Origin: Glaucostegus cemiculus
Lineage: Eukaryota
Reading direction: 5' to 3'
DNA length: 64,000 bases
Assembly (NCBI GenBank): GCA_976551045.1
Contig: CDPCPM010000448.1
Span: forward strand, 1,798,001 to 1,862,000
Shown: in pieces, positions 12,892 through 24,660 of the stretch
How the letters are laid out: each line of letters opens with the position of its first letter
How positions within the stretch are numbered: the first letter of the stretch is position 1
Translations under genes and position numbers: made by a program
Notes under the pieces: model-generated
What the model was told of the DNA's origin: nothing
Seen by the model: the letters and a program-made list of their open reading frames with translations, nothing else
The model's database searches: none

Positions 12892-15800
12892 TTAACATCG
12901 AGAAAGGCAATCAGCAATTACATTATCTTTGCCTTTAATGTGAGTTATCATGAGATCAAACTCTTGCAGAATTAAACTCCAGTTTAGCAGCCGTCTGTTT
13001 TTGTTTTTCACTCGGCTCAGAAATACTAACGGATTATGATCTGTGTATATAATCAATGGTTTCCGAGTTGTGCAAACATACACATTGAAATGTTGTAAGG
13101 CTAAAACAAGTGAAAGCAATTCTTTCTCTATCGTAGAGTAATTTTTCTGATGCTCATTAAACTTCTTTGAAAAGTAAGCTAAAGGGTGGTCAATATCATC
13201 AAGGTCACTCTTCTGCAACAACACAGCTCCTGCAGCTTCATCACTGGCATCTACTGCTAAGGAAAATGGCTTTTCAAAGTCAGGTGACTTGAGCACAGGA
13301 TAGTAACACAAAATGGCTTTTAGCTTCTCAAATGCTTCTTGACAAGAACCTGTTCAAACAAATTTCAGTCCTTTCTTCAGAAGATTAGTTAAGGGAAGAG
13401 CAATATCCGCAAAATTTTTACAAAATTTCCGATAATATCCAACCATTCCCAGAAATCTTCTAACAGTCCTGATACCTGTAGGAACAGGGAATTCAGATAT
13501 CACTTGAACTTTTGCCTGATCAGGTGCTAACTTGCCTTGACCTACAACATAACCAAGATATGTCACAGTGGCATGGCCAAATTCACTTTTAGCCAAATTG
13601 ACTGTAAGGTTAGCTTTGGAAAGTCTTTCAAACAACCTTTCTAATGCAATGATGTGATCCTCCCACGTATCATTCCCTGTCACTAGATCATCAATGTAGG
13701 CATCTGTATGTTTTAACCCATGAATCACTGAATCAATCATTCTTTGAAATGTTGCTGGGCATTTTTCATTCCAAATGGCAAAACATTGTATTCATACAAT
13801 CCAGAAGGGGTTGCAAAGGCAGAAATCTCCCTTCCTCTCTCTGTTAATGGAACACACCAGTACCCTTTTAGTAAATCAATCTTTGTAAGAAATTTGGCCT
13901 TCCCCACTCTATCTATACAATCATCCACCCTTGGAATGGGGTATGCATCCGACTTTGTCACAGCATTCACTTTTCTGTAATCTCTACAAAATCTAATGGT
14001 CCCATCAGGTTTAGGCACGATAACACAGGGTGAACTCCAGTTTGAACTGGAACGTCTGATGATATCATTTTTTAAACATATACTCAATTTCCTGATCAAC
14101 AAGTTTACTTTTATCCACATTCATTCGATATGGGTGTTGTTTGATTGATTTTGCATCCCCAACGTCAACATCATGGGTAATTATTGACGTTCTGTTTGGC
14201 ACATTGGGAAAAAGATTTTTAAATTTTAAAAGTAACTGTTTCATCTGCTGTTTCTGTGAATCTTGTAAATGGTCCAACTTTGTCTCAAGGTTCTCCAAGA
14301 TATTTTGGTTTTCTAGCCTTGCTGAAACAATATTTGGTCTACATTGGCCTTCCTCATTGTCAACAACAGATATCTCAGGATCTTTCACCTCATTCACTGT
14401 GGCCACCACTGTATTCCTCTCATAATACGGTTTCAACATATTTACATGACAGAGTTGTGTTTTCTTGCGTCTCTCTGGTGTTTTTAGCAGATAGTTGAGG
14501 TCACCTATCTTCAATTCGATACTGAATGGTCCTTCAAACCGCGACTGCAATGGATTTGTCTGACTAGGGAAAAATGCGAGCACTTTTTGACCCACTGCGT
14601 ATGTCCTTGGCTGAGCACGTTTGTCATAATATTCCTTCATCCTAATCTGGCTTGTTTTCAAATTCTCTTTCGCTAGCTCGCAGACTTTCTTCAGCCGAGT
14701 TTTAAACTTTTGGACATAATCCAATAGACTCAACTGCACTTCTTCATTAACCCATTGCTCTCTTAACAACTCTAAAGGTCCTCTCACCCGATGTCCAAAT
14801 ACAAGTTCAAACGGACTAAATCCTAATGACTCCTGAATTGCCTCTCGAATGGCAAACAACAGTAAATGTACTCCTTCATCCCAATCCTTCGTATTTTCAA
14901 AGCAATAAGTCTTCAGCATATTTTTGAGAGTAGAATGAAATCTCTCCAATGCTCCTTGAGATTCTGGGTGATATGCAGATGACACAATCTGCTTCGCTCC
15001 CAGCTAATGGATTAGTTGCTGAAACAAATTGGACATAAAATTACTGCCTTGATCAGATTGGATTTCTTTTGGCAAACCAACAAACGTAAAGAATTTTAAA
15101 AGAGCTTTTGACACTGTCTTGGCCTTAATATTTCTAAGTGGGATTGCCTCTGGAAATCTAGAAGTTGTACACATGATGGTTAACAAATATTGATTCCCAG
15201 CTTTAGACTTTGGCAATGGTCCAACACAATCCACAATCACCTTTGAAAAGGGTTCACCAAAAGCAGGAATGGGTTTCAGATGAGCCACAGGGGGGTTTTG
15301 ATTTGGTTTGCCTACCATCTGACATGTATGACAGGTTCGACAAAACATCACCACATCCTTTCTCAAACCAGGCCAATAGAATTGTTTTAAAATCTTCCCC
15401 ACAGTTTTATTCACCCCTAAATGACCACCTAAAGGCATGCTATGGGCCAGGTTTAAAATCTCATCCCGATAAACTTTAGGAACTACAACTTGATGAATAA
15501 CTTCCCACTCCTCATTCACAGGGACATGAGGCGGTCTCCATTTCCTCATTAACAATCCATCTTTGACATAATATCCAACTGGCACTTTTTCAATTTCCTC
15601 ACATGAGAGTGCTTTTTCCCTCAGTTCAGGGTCTTTATTCTGTTCCACCATAAATCTTTCCTTGACAAAGACAAATCTTTGTATTCAGGCCCACTACCAA
15701 AACTTTGATCCTCCAGTGAAGACAAAAAAGTGTCAGACAAATCATCATAACTTTCCTCTTGTTTAGGACTATCACAAGGAACAATTTCAGACTGTGTAGA

Positions 15801-17736
15801 ATTCTCAGCCTTAGCTAATTCTTTAGCTTTAGCTCGGGTTACTGCACAAGATGGATAAACGTCTGCGTCATTCTCAGATTCAGTAAAGCTTGGTTTTGTT
15901 GTTAACTGTACCACAGGAACAAATTCTTCACCTGCAAGGTCATTTCCCAATAACAAAGAAACACCCTCCACTGGTAAACTTGGTCGTATCCCTATCTCAA
16001 CAGGTCCTTCTACGAACTTTGATTTTAAAATCACCTTGTGCAAAGGAACGAACATGGTATCTCCTGTAACACCTCGCACTAGGTTTACCTCACCAGTTTC
16101 AGTTTCCTTACCAAAATTTAAAACACTGTCCAGCAAGAGAGATTGGGAAGCTCCAGTATCTCTAAGGATTTTCACCAGTACCTGGGGTGACCCATCATTC
16201 AGTGAAACAAAACCTTCTGATACATATGAACGGAATTCCTCCCTCACCTCATCCAACTTTTCAGTCTTCACCTCTAGCAAGGACTGATCTTTCACAACCT
16301 CCCCAAAACCTCTTCTATTTTCGGGTTTAATAACTTGACAACAAGCAGTTGGCACAGCTCCCTTTTCTTGCTTTTTCTTCAAAACAGAACAGTCAAATTT
16401 CATATGACCAGGCTTCTTACAGTAATAACAAAGACGCTCAGCAGGTTTCTCCAGCACTGGCTTCTTGTCATCCTTCCCTTTTGGATTATCTCCCAATTTA
16501 ATCTCTGGTTTACCTGGATTGTCTCTGTAACTCCTTTGAAAGGTTTTAGTTTGTCCCCATCTGAATTTATGGGTTGAAGCATAATCATCTGCCAACCTAG
16601 CAGTTTCTTGTAAAGTATCCACATTCTTTTCATTTAGGTATGCAGCTATTTCAGCTGGTACACATCTCTTAAAGTCTTCTATTAAAACTAATTCTGCCAA
16701 TTTCTTATAATCATCAACGACATCTTTCGCCATACACCATCGTTCAAAACATATTCTCTTTCCATTGGCAAACTCCATGTATGTTTGATCTGAAGTTTTC
16801 CTCAAGTCTCTAAACTTTTGTCTGTACACTTCTGGTACCAACTCATACACTTTCAAGATTGCTTGTTTTACCTTTTCATAATCAGCTGCCTCCTCCACAG
16901 ACAAAGCAGAATAAGCTTTTTGAGCCTTGCCTTTAATCACACTCTGTAACATAAGAGCCCATCTCCTCTTTGGCCAATTTAAACTCGTAGCAACCTTTTC
17001 AAAATGTTGGAAATACTGTTCAACCTGATCTTCATCAAAAGGAGGGACTAATCTAAACTCCCTACTGGCTGAAAACTCATCATCAGAATCAGAATCTGAA
17101 CTCTGTCTCTTCAGTCTTAAATCATATTTCCTTTGTTTCACCCTTTCCTTACTTTCCAGCTCCATCCTCCTCAATTCCATCCTCTTTTCCTCTGCCTCTA
17201 GTTTCTTTTGTTCAAATTCCAGTCTCCTTTGTTCTACTTCAGCCTCAAATTTCAATCGGTCCCTTTCTCGTTCAGATTCTAGTTTCCTTTGCTCTGCTTC
17301 AGCCTCAAATTTCAATCGGTCCCTTTCTCGTTCAGCTTCTAGCTTCCTTTGCTCTTGTTCAGATTCTAGTTTCCTTTGCTTTCGTTCAGATCTAGTTTCC
17401 TTTGCTCTCGTTCAGATCTAGTTTCCTTTGCTCTCGTTCAGATTCTAGCTCTAATTTCTTTTGTTCTATCCTTGCTTGTTCCCTTTCAGCCTCTATCTTT
17501 GCTAACTGAATTTGGGCATCAGAAATCGTTTGTTCACTGCCAGGAAATTGTTTTACTACTCCCTCTTCAAACACTTGCATCTTCACATAATGACCAGCTA
17601 TTATTCTCTGGATATCTGCTTTTTTCATAGATTGTGTTACTGTCTTAAGTTTTAGCTCTGCAGCAAGATTTAATAATTCAGACTTCTTCATTCTCTGCAA
17701 TCCACTTGGGGTAGGTTTTTTCATTAACACATCCAT
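12892..17736 (-). pseudogene. Disrupted gag-pol polyprotein: coiled-coil, SCAN-like capsid, CCHC knuckle, protease, integrase, RT, RNase H
   Basis: Motifs PPFDEDQVEQYFQHFE..., CYYCKKPGHMKFDC, LRDTGASQS, H..PLGGH...CHTC, DCVGPL/SDQGSNF/ERFHSTLK, GPF, YIDD and AVDAS...DHNPL...ADCLSR. About 4 frameshifted sites and 2 in-frame stops (15004-15006, 13354-13356). Confidence 0.95.
17230..17443 (-). repeat. Coding tandem repeats in the Gag N-terminus (2 x 60 bp; 4 x 26-27 bp, ESEREQRKL-type)
   Basis: Units TCTAGTTTCCTTTGCTCTCGTTCAGA(T) start at 17338, 17365, 17391 and 17417. Confidence 0.9.
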
Positions 17737-17899
17737 TGTTACTGGTTTCCACACACACAAGCCAATTAAGAAAATTTATTGGACCAACCCCCAATGTGTT
17801 CAAACTCAGACCTCCAGTACCAGTCTTGAGTTTGACTGCAAGCCACCCTGATCAATCTTTGGACTGGATACCAGAACGACACTCATTAATCTTGGGAAG

Positions 17900-17917
17900 A
17901 TCCCGGACGAGCCCCCA
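17900..17917 (-). promoter_or_regulatory. Primer binding site, tRNA-Pro
   Basis: Minus strand TGGGGGCTCGTCCGGGAT is the 18-nt complement of the tRNA-Pro 3' end, 4 nt downstream of the 5' LTR. Confidence 0.95.
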
Positions 17918-17921
17918 ATTT

Positions 17922-18733
17922 TGTTACGAAACCAGCAACAAAAGAAGCACACCAAGTCATACTTCAGTGTTAAAACTACTTTATTAATAACTACTTCCGA
18001 TAATATGTAAAATAAGAACAAAAAGTTAGTATATTAGTACAAAACAAAATATTAGAATCTTAAACTATAACCCCAAAACTACTCGTCGTGTGTGCGTGTC
18101 AAATTCCTAAACTCCAAGTCCAGGAATTAGTTCTTAAAGTTCAGTTCAATAAGCCGTAAGATGAAACATGAATAAAGGCTTCTTCACAAGCACCGTCCAC
18201 CGAAGACAAAACATAGATATAGAGAGAGATTAGAGAGGAATCACGAAATCCGAATGTTCCACTCGAAACTCAGACGACACTTCAGGGCTAACTCGGTAGT
18301 GACTTTCTCACCCCGAAAACTCCTTGATCGTGACTGTCCATGCAAATACCTGCATTCTTCTACAGGTTAGCAGCAAAGTGAATTCCGTCACTTTGTTCTA
18401 CAGTATCTGCCACTCTGAAGAGCATCCCAAAATGTGGTTGTCCATGCAAACACCTGTGTCCTTCTACAGGTTACCGACAAAGTGAACTCCACTGGACTAC
18501 TCCAGAAATCCATCCGTGGATTTTAGTGACAAACACAGTTACTGTCCTTCATCCATCGACAGAAACAAAACAGGCTGCCATCTCTCCTTCTTCTCTCTCT
18601 CTGTCTATCTTTTTCTTTCTTGTAATGACCTCATCACGTTAGTCTTATCTTCTGTTGACGTAATACGTTGCGCACACACACACAATGTCCTATCTTAAAG
18701 GGATATTTGCCTATAGTAAGCTACTTCGTAACA
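17922..18733 (-). repeat. 5' LTR (812 bp)
   Basis: Direct repeat of 11956-12762 (about 21 substitutions and 2 indels by manual count). Adjacent to the PBS. Confidence 0.97.
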
Positions 18734-19090
18734 ACTGTAATATTCAATGCTCAGAATTTGGAGGTGCTGATACCCTCCCTGTGCTGAAGAGAGAAAATCT
18801 TCCTCTGGACCCACTTTTGAACCTTTACCAATGAACTGCAATGGGGAATGTGCACGCTAGCACAGCATTAACAAGAACACTCATTTTATTCATAGTCACT
18901 GTAACAGATGCCAATCTATTGTATCAACTGAAATATAGCTTCCCTGACAATGCAGATGCCCCTCAATACTTAAATAGAAATTTTATCTTATGCAGTTATA
19001 CAATTAAGTCTTGCACTGCACTATCAACCCACAACCATTTGTTTCAACTGAGCCACACTAACTCTAAACATTTACACAAGAGCTATCAAT

Positions 19091-20942
19091 AGAAGTCCAA
19101 GAACGGGAGAAATAGGAGCAGGATCTGGCCCATCGAGCCTGCTCCCCCATTCAATATGATCATGGCTGATCTGGCCATGCACTCAGCTCCACCTACCTGC
19201 GTTTTCCTCATAACCCTTAATTCCCCTACTATGCAAAAATCTATCAAACTGTGTCTTAAATATATTTAATGAGGTAGCCTCTACTGCTTCCTTAGGAAGA
19301 GAATTCCACAGATTCACTACTCCATGGGAAAAGCAGTTTCTCCTCATCTCCGTCCAAAATCAATTTCCCCAAATCTTGAGGCTATGTCCCCTAGTTCTAG
19401 TCTCACCTACCAGTGGAAACAACTTTCTTGCCTCTGTCTTATCTATCCCTTTCATAATTTTATATGTTTCTGTGATCCCCTCTCATTCTTCTGAATTTCA
19501 ATTAGTCCCAGGTGACTCAATCTCTCCTCATAGGCTACCCCCCCCATCTCCGGAATCAATCTGGTGAACCTCCTCTGCATCACCTCCGAAGCCAATATAT
19601 CTTTTCTCAAGTAAGGAGACAGAACTGCACACAGTACTCTAGGTGCTGCCTCATGCATACCCTGTACAGTTTCAGCATAACCTCCCTGCTCTTAAATTCA
19701 AACCCTCTAGCAATGAAGGCCAACATTCCATCTGCCTTCTCAACAACCTGCTTCACCTGCAAATGAACCTTTTGTGATTCATGCACAAGCACTTCCAAGT
19801 CCCTCTGCACAACAGTATGCTGCAATCTTTCACAATTTAAATAATAATCTGATCTTCAATTTTTCCTTCCAAAGTGGACGACCTCACATTTATCAATGTT
19901 GTACTTCATCTACCAGCTCCTTGCCCACTCACTTAACCCATCCATATCTCTCTGCAGACTCTCTGCATCCTATGTACAATTTGCTTTTCCACTTAATTTA
20001 GTGTCATCAGCTAACTTAGGTGCGCTATACTTGGTCCCACTTCCAAATCATTAATGTATTTTGTAAACAGTTGCTGGCCCAGCACCGACCACTGAGGCAC
20101 TCTGCTCTCCACTGATTGCCAACCAGAGAAACACCCATTTATCCCAACTCTCTGCCTTTTATTGGTTAACCAATCCTCTATCCATGTCAGTATATTACCC
20201 CCACCTCCATGCATCCTTATCTTATCAATGTCTTTAATGCAGCACCTTATTGAATGCCTTCTGGAAATCCAAGTATACAATATCCACCTGTTCCCCTCTA
20301 TCCACTGCGCTCATTATTTCCTCAAAGCTCAAACAGGACCTGCCCTTCCTGAATCCATGATGTATCTGCCTGATAGAACCACTTCTATCCAGATGTCTCC
20401 TATTTCTTCCTTAATAGCATTCAAGCTTCAAGCATTTTCCCAACTACAGACGTTAAGCTAGCTGGACTATAGTTATCCACCTTTTGCCTACGCACTTTTT
20501 TAAAACAGTGGCATGGCATTCATTGTCTTCCAATCTGCGGAGACTCCAGAGAATTTTGGTAAATTATCACAAATGCGTCTACTATAACTTCTGCCATTTC
20601 TTTCAGTACCCTGGGATGCATCCCATCAGGACAAGGGACTTGTCTACCTTTAGGACCACTAGCTTGCTCATCACTACCTTTTTAGTGACAGCAATTGTAT
20701 CGAGGACCTCTCCTCCCATTGCATCCATAACATCTTTCTTTGGCGTGTTAGACATGCCCTCTACTGTGAAGACTGACACTAAATAGTTGTTCAAAGCCTC
20801 GACCATTTCCACATTACCAAATATTAATTTCCCCATATCATCTTCCAAGGGACCAATGTTCACTTTAGCCACCCTTTTCTGCTTTATATATAATTATAAA
20901 AGCTTTGACTATCTGTTTTTATATTTTGTGCTGGTTTACTTA
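19091..20942 (-). mobile_element. Decayed 5'-truncated CR1 LINE
   Basis: Fragments QRRFTRLIP, HLEYCVQF, WIEDWLTNKRQRVGINGCFSGW..V.S.VPQ.SVLG and ALNNYLVSVFT. Confidence 0.92.
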
Positions 20943-23900
20943 AAAGAAGTCTGACTCCATCAGAGAGAATATGAGCACTGATGAATACAAAGCATGATGG
21001 TTAGGTTTAATTAGCTTCACCCTTAGTCAGATGCAACATTCCACAAGTACTACTCTAACTCTCAATGCTATACAAACATGATATATGTGAAATGGTGTGG
21101 CAAACCTTCAAACAGGAGCAGTGCGTATATTGAACACAACCTGGCCAGCACAATAGAATTTCAAAGCAAGTCTTCCTCCAGGAATCAAGTCTTCTGGAAG
21201 AAGTTAAGCTTAACCATGAAATAAATCAGCACTGAGTATTGACATACAGTATTAAATCTAAGTATCTATGGAGCAATTGACAATCCAATTATACACACCA
21301 TCAAGGGGGTCCAAATTAAACATTTTGTCAATAGAGAGAAAACAAAGACTGGTGGTGTATTGAAATTCTGTCACAAGTTTATGCAATAAGTCCATAGTCC
21401 TGTCGTATTTACAATTCCTGCTAAATATACTAAGATATAAAAGAATATTATTGTACCAAGTCAGGTTCCTTAAATTCATCCTGTTTCATTTCTAAAGATG
21501 GGACTCAATTCCCTAAAGAGGCACTTAGTTGCTATAACCAGATATAAACTGCATCTTATTCTATTTGGTACGGATATGGTAATTGTATACGAGAGCATTG
21601 TTATTTTTGATTTACTGAGACTGTAATTACAAGTTCAAATTAACAGCCTAACCTGAGATGCTCTGGCCTTCTCATCTGCACAAAGTTCAGTACTTCTCTG
21701 ATATCTTACGAACCCATCATCACTACCTATCTAAAAAAATCTTAATTGTATAATGGCAGGCAAGAATTACATAGATGGGCAGACAGTCAATAATGTAGCC
21801 AGACTGCCTCACTCTTCTCTATTGTCCATAGGTCATTCTTCACTGACAATGGAGCTCCTGTCTTTTTGTTGCTGGAGTGCATGTGAAGAAAGTTGCCTGA
21901 GAAGGCAGGCAAATCTGGCTAAGGTGCAAGTTTCTAACTCTGTTTGTCTTGTCAGATTGAGGAAAAGAAAGTCTCATGGACAACATTGATATATCTGACT
22001 ACCTTACTGTATTTGAACAAAAGACAGGACTTCTGCAGAAGACAGGAGAGTAAATGGAGACTTAACTTTAAGTTAATAATTATAGTTTGCAAAGCTGGCT
22101 GTTGCTAAATATTTATAAATGGCCATGGTATGATATTATGAAATATAATTTTAATATTGGTCATTTATATAGGAAGTATTTACAGAAATATCCTTGATAC
22201 AGTATGATGTTATTTCCATGAGTATTCTATTTTAATGCTTCCATTCAACACCACTGACTAATGCTCAGTATTTATCTGACAACTTTAAATAACCAGCACC
22301 AACATTAACCACAATCCCATTTAATTTGCTTGCACTCTGAATACTTTATCCATATGTTTTTGGAAATACAACCTGGGAAGAAAGCACTAGTGGATTCTGT
22401 AACTTTCCAAGATAAATCAAACCACTGTCAAACTAATTTGCTGGTCAGCAGGAAAAGGCTAAGTAACTTGCTTTGATTTATCACAATGATCAATACACTA
22501 AATTAATTTATTAGCCAACCATGCCTTTAATGTGTTATGAGGAGAATTTATTGAATAACAACACAAATCTTCTCCTCTACTCTTACTTCTACTTGCACGA
22601 TAAAAATCTTTATTAAATGTTATTGGTTTATTTTGTTAATGTTACTGAAAGTTTTCAAACAGGCAGGAACCCCCAAGGACAGTGACTTTTTGGAAACAAA
22701 TCAATATCCTCGCACTTGTTATATATTCCATCATCTTCCTCACTATTTCCATGATCCAGGTTAGGTGCACATAGTTTATTTAGTGGGAATCCTTTTTGCT
22801 GTATTCATTTTAAAGAGAGAGTTTCCCTCATTACCTTGCTTCCATTTGCCACATTCCAAGCAATGACATGTCCCTTATCGACCTACATGAGGATTAAAGG
22901 ACATGGAATAGGAGGCAAGGAGCAATATTTTGTTGAGAGCTTTTCTGTATTTTGAGGGAAGCCCACAAAATGTTAAGTACTGTGTTGGCATGCAGGTCAA
23001 TCATACTGCCTATTGTAGAATGAATTTTTAGGATGAGTTTTTGTAATATTCCATTTTAGTGAAAATTTAAATTTTCTAATAACCACCATCAGAACTTTTT
23101 TTGGTGTATATTCAGTGCACATCACGCATTGAACTGGTACCAGCAACAGAGCAAACCTGGTTGTATATACACTAAAAATCTGCTCATTATATTAATAGAA
23201 TTACCTCAAATAGCAACAGCAAGGTCAACAAGGACTTGAACAGAAAATTGCAGCTGTTAAAAAATAAATACAACACTTATATTTTTCTCAATTGTCACCA
23301 ATTGGTGGAGACTGAGGAGAAAATGAAGTCAAAGAGGATACGAATCAACAAGAAAGGCCTTAATGCATAACACTGCAGTCATGATTGGTTTATTTAATAA
23401 AACCCACAGGAGTTTCATGTCTATCCTACCAAATGTCAATCACACATGTCTACATGCAAGCTTCTTTCCTAGATCATCCTGTAACAAAAAGAAGCAAATC
23501 CACTCCCAAAACAAGAATCAACTTCTGAAACAGTCAGACTTCCTGTGCTTAGTAATCGTAAAAAATTTATCTTAAATTCTTTGGTGCCAAACAGCTCTGA
23601 TTTGCAACCTAAGCTTACCAGAATTTTCCAATTCTAACAAGCCTCTGGGCTAACTGAAATTAATATATGAGAGACCACAGTTTCCATCACTTTCTCTGCA
23701 TGTGTTCATCTGGCTCCCATATTCAACATCCTGCAAGTCCAACATTCTCACCAGTTTCCAAGTGAAGATATTTGCACTGGATTTACTATTTATCTTATAA
23801 TGATGGCCCCTAGTTTATGGACTCTGCCAAGTAAAATATATCTTCTCCATGTCCAAACAATCAAAGTCTTTCACAATCTTAAAACCCTGTATCAGTCATG

Positions 23901-24324
23901 TAGGCCAATGTTCTTTGGGGAAATGTTAATATCAAAGGAAAACATGGGTGTTATGAAGGGATATGCATTTATTTTGATCTAATAGCAGAATACTAACTAC
24001 AGTAGAGAATCTTACATCTGTTATACTCACAGTAAAAATCAGTGCCACTGGCATATGTCAGGGAAATGAAATAGTGCAGAATATTGAATGTATTTTGAAA
24101 CTTGAAATTTTGTTAACTGCTAGAAATTATTTTACTAAATTTGACTTTAAATATAGTCCAGATACTTAAACAAATAGGCTTCATCACACAAGCACAAAAG
24201 TGCCCCTCTTCATAAACTGGATTGGTTTCTATAGTTGCTGTTACCCCAGTCTGTGCCTCAAGACTTATATGAGAAAAAATATTATAAAATAAACTATAAA
24301 AAGAGCATCATACAAAATGATTAC

Positions 24325-24354
24325 CTCCACCTCCTCCCATCAGCGAAGAATTTG
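24325..24354 (-). CDS. MACROD1: Internal 30-nt coding exon of a macrodomain mono-ADP-ribosylhydrolase (MACROD1, less likely MACROD2): (A)NSSLMGGGG(V)
   Basis: Minus strand ttttccttttcttctttgcag|CAAATTCTTCGCTGATGGGAGGAGGTGGAG|gtaatc: strong pyrimidine tract, AG/GT boundaries, phase 1-1. The peptide matches the NAAN(S/A)SLLGGGGVD motif, which I recall as a 30-nt exon 4 in human MACROD1/2. Confidence 0.88.
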
Positions 24355-24570
24355 CTGCAAAGAAGAAAAGGAAAATTAATATAACACTCAACACATTTAT
24401 TTCTGTACACCTTATGCATCAATGCAGCCTGGAGCATAAAGTCAAATTACTATAACCAAGTTAGATGTAATTACTAACTCCAATGACCAAATCACTTCCT
24501 ACTAAATATGATTGCAAACCTTTCTATCATGCCCATTCCACTGTACAAAATCTCATGTGAAGAAATAGTA

Positions 24571-24660
24571 CAGAAAATATTGGAAATACTCAGCAGGCCA
24601 GGTTGCATCTATTAAGAAACTAGATTAACAATTCAGCTGGATGATCTTTCACCAGATCTG
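24571..24660. repeat. Partial copy of the Penelope-like hairpin element
   Basis: GGAAATACTCAGCAGGCCAGGTTGCATCT. Minus strand reads CTGGTGA...GAAA. Confidence 0.55.

Larger units (their letters stand above)
11956..18733 (-). mobile_element. Full-length Gmr1-like Ty3/Gypsy LTR retrotransposon (decayed)
   Basis: Paired TG...CA LTRs, ACTG target-site duplication (11952-11955 and 18734-18737), PBS, PPT, and gag-PR-IN-RT-RNaseH domain order. Confidence 0.97.

Noticed and set aside
17338-17443. CRISPR-like regular repeats (also 38420-38740)
   Set aside because: No unique spacers and no cas genes, in a eukaryotic context. These are tandem repeats.
17900-17917. Endogenous gammaretrovirus suggested by the MLV-type PBS
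   Set aside because: No env, Gypsy-type RT/RNase H, and integrase upstream of RT.
13744-17987. Plus-strand ORFs antisense to gag-pol (and ORFs antisense to the CR1s)
   Set aside because: Shadow frames of transposon coding sequence with no independent motifs.
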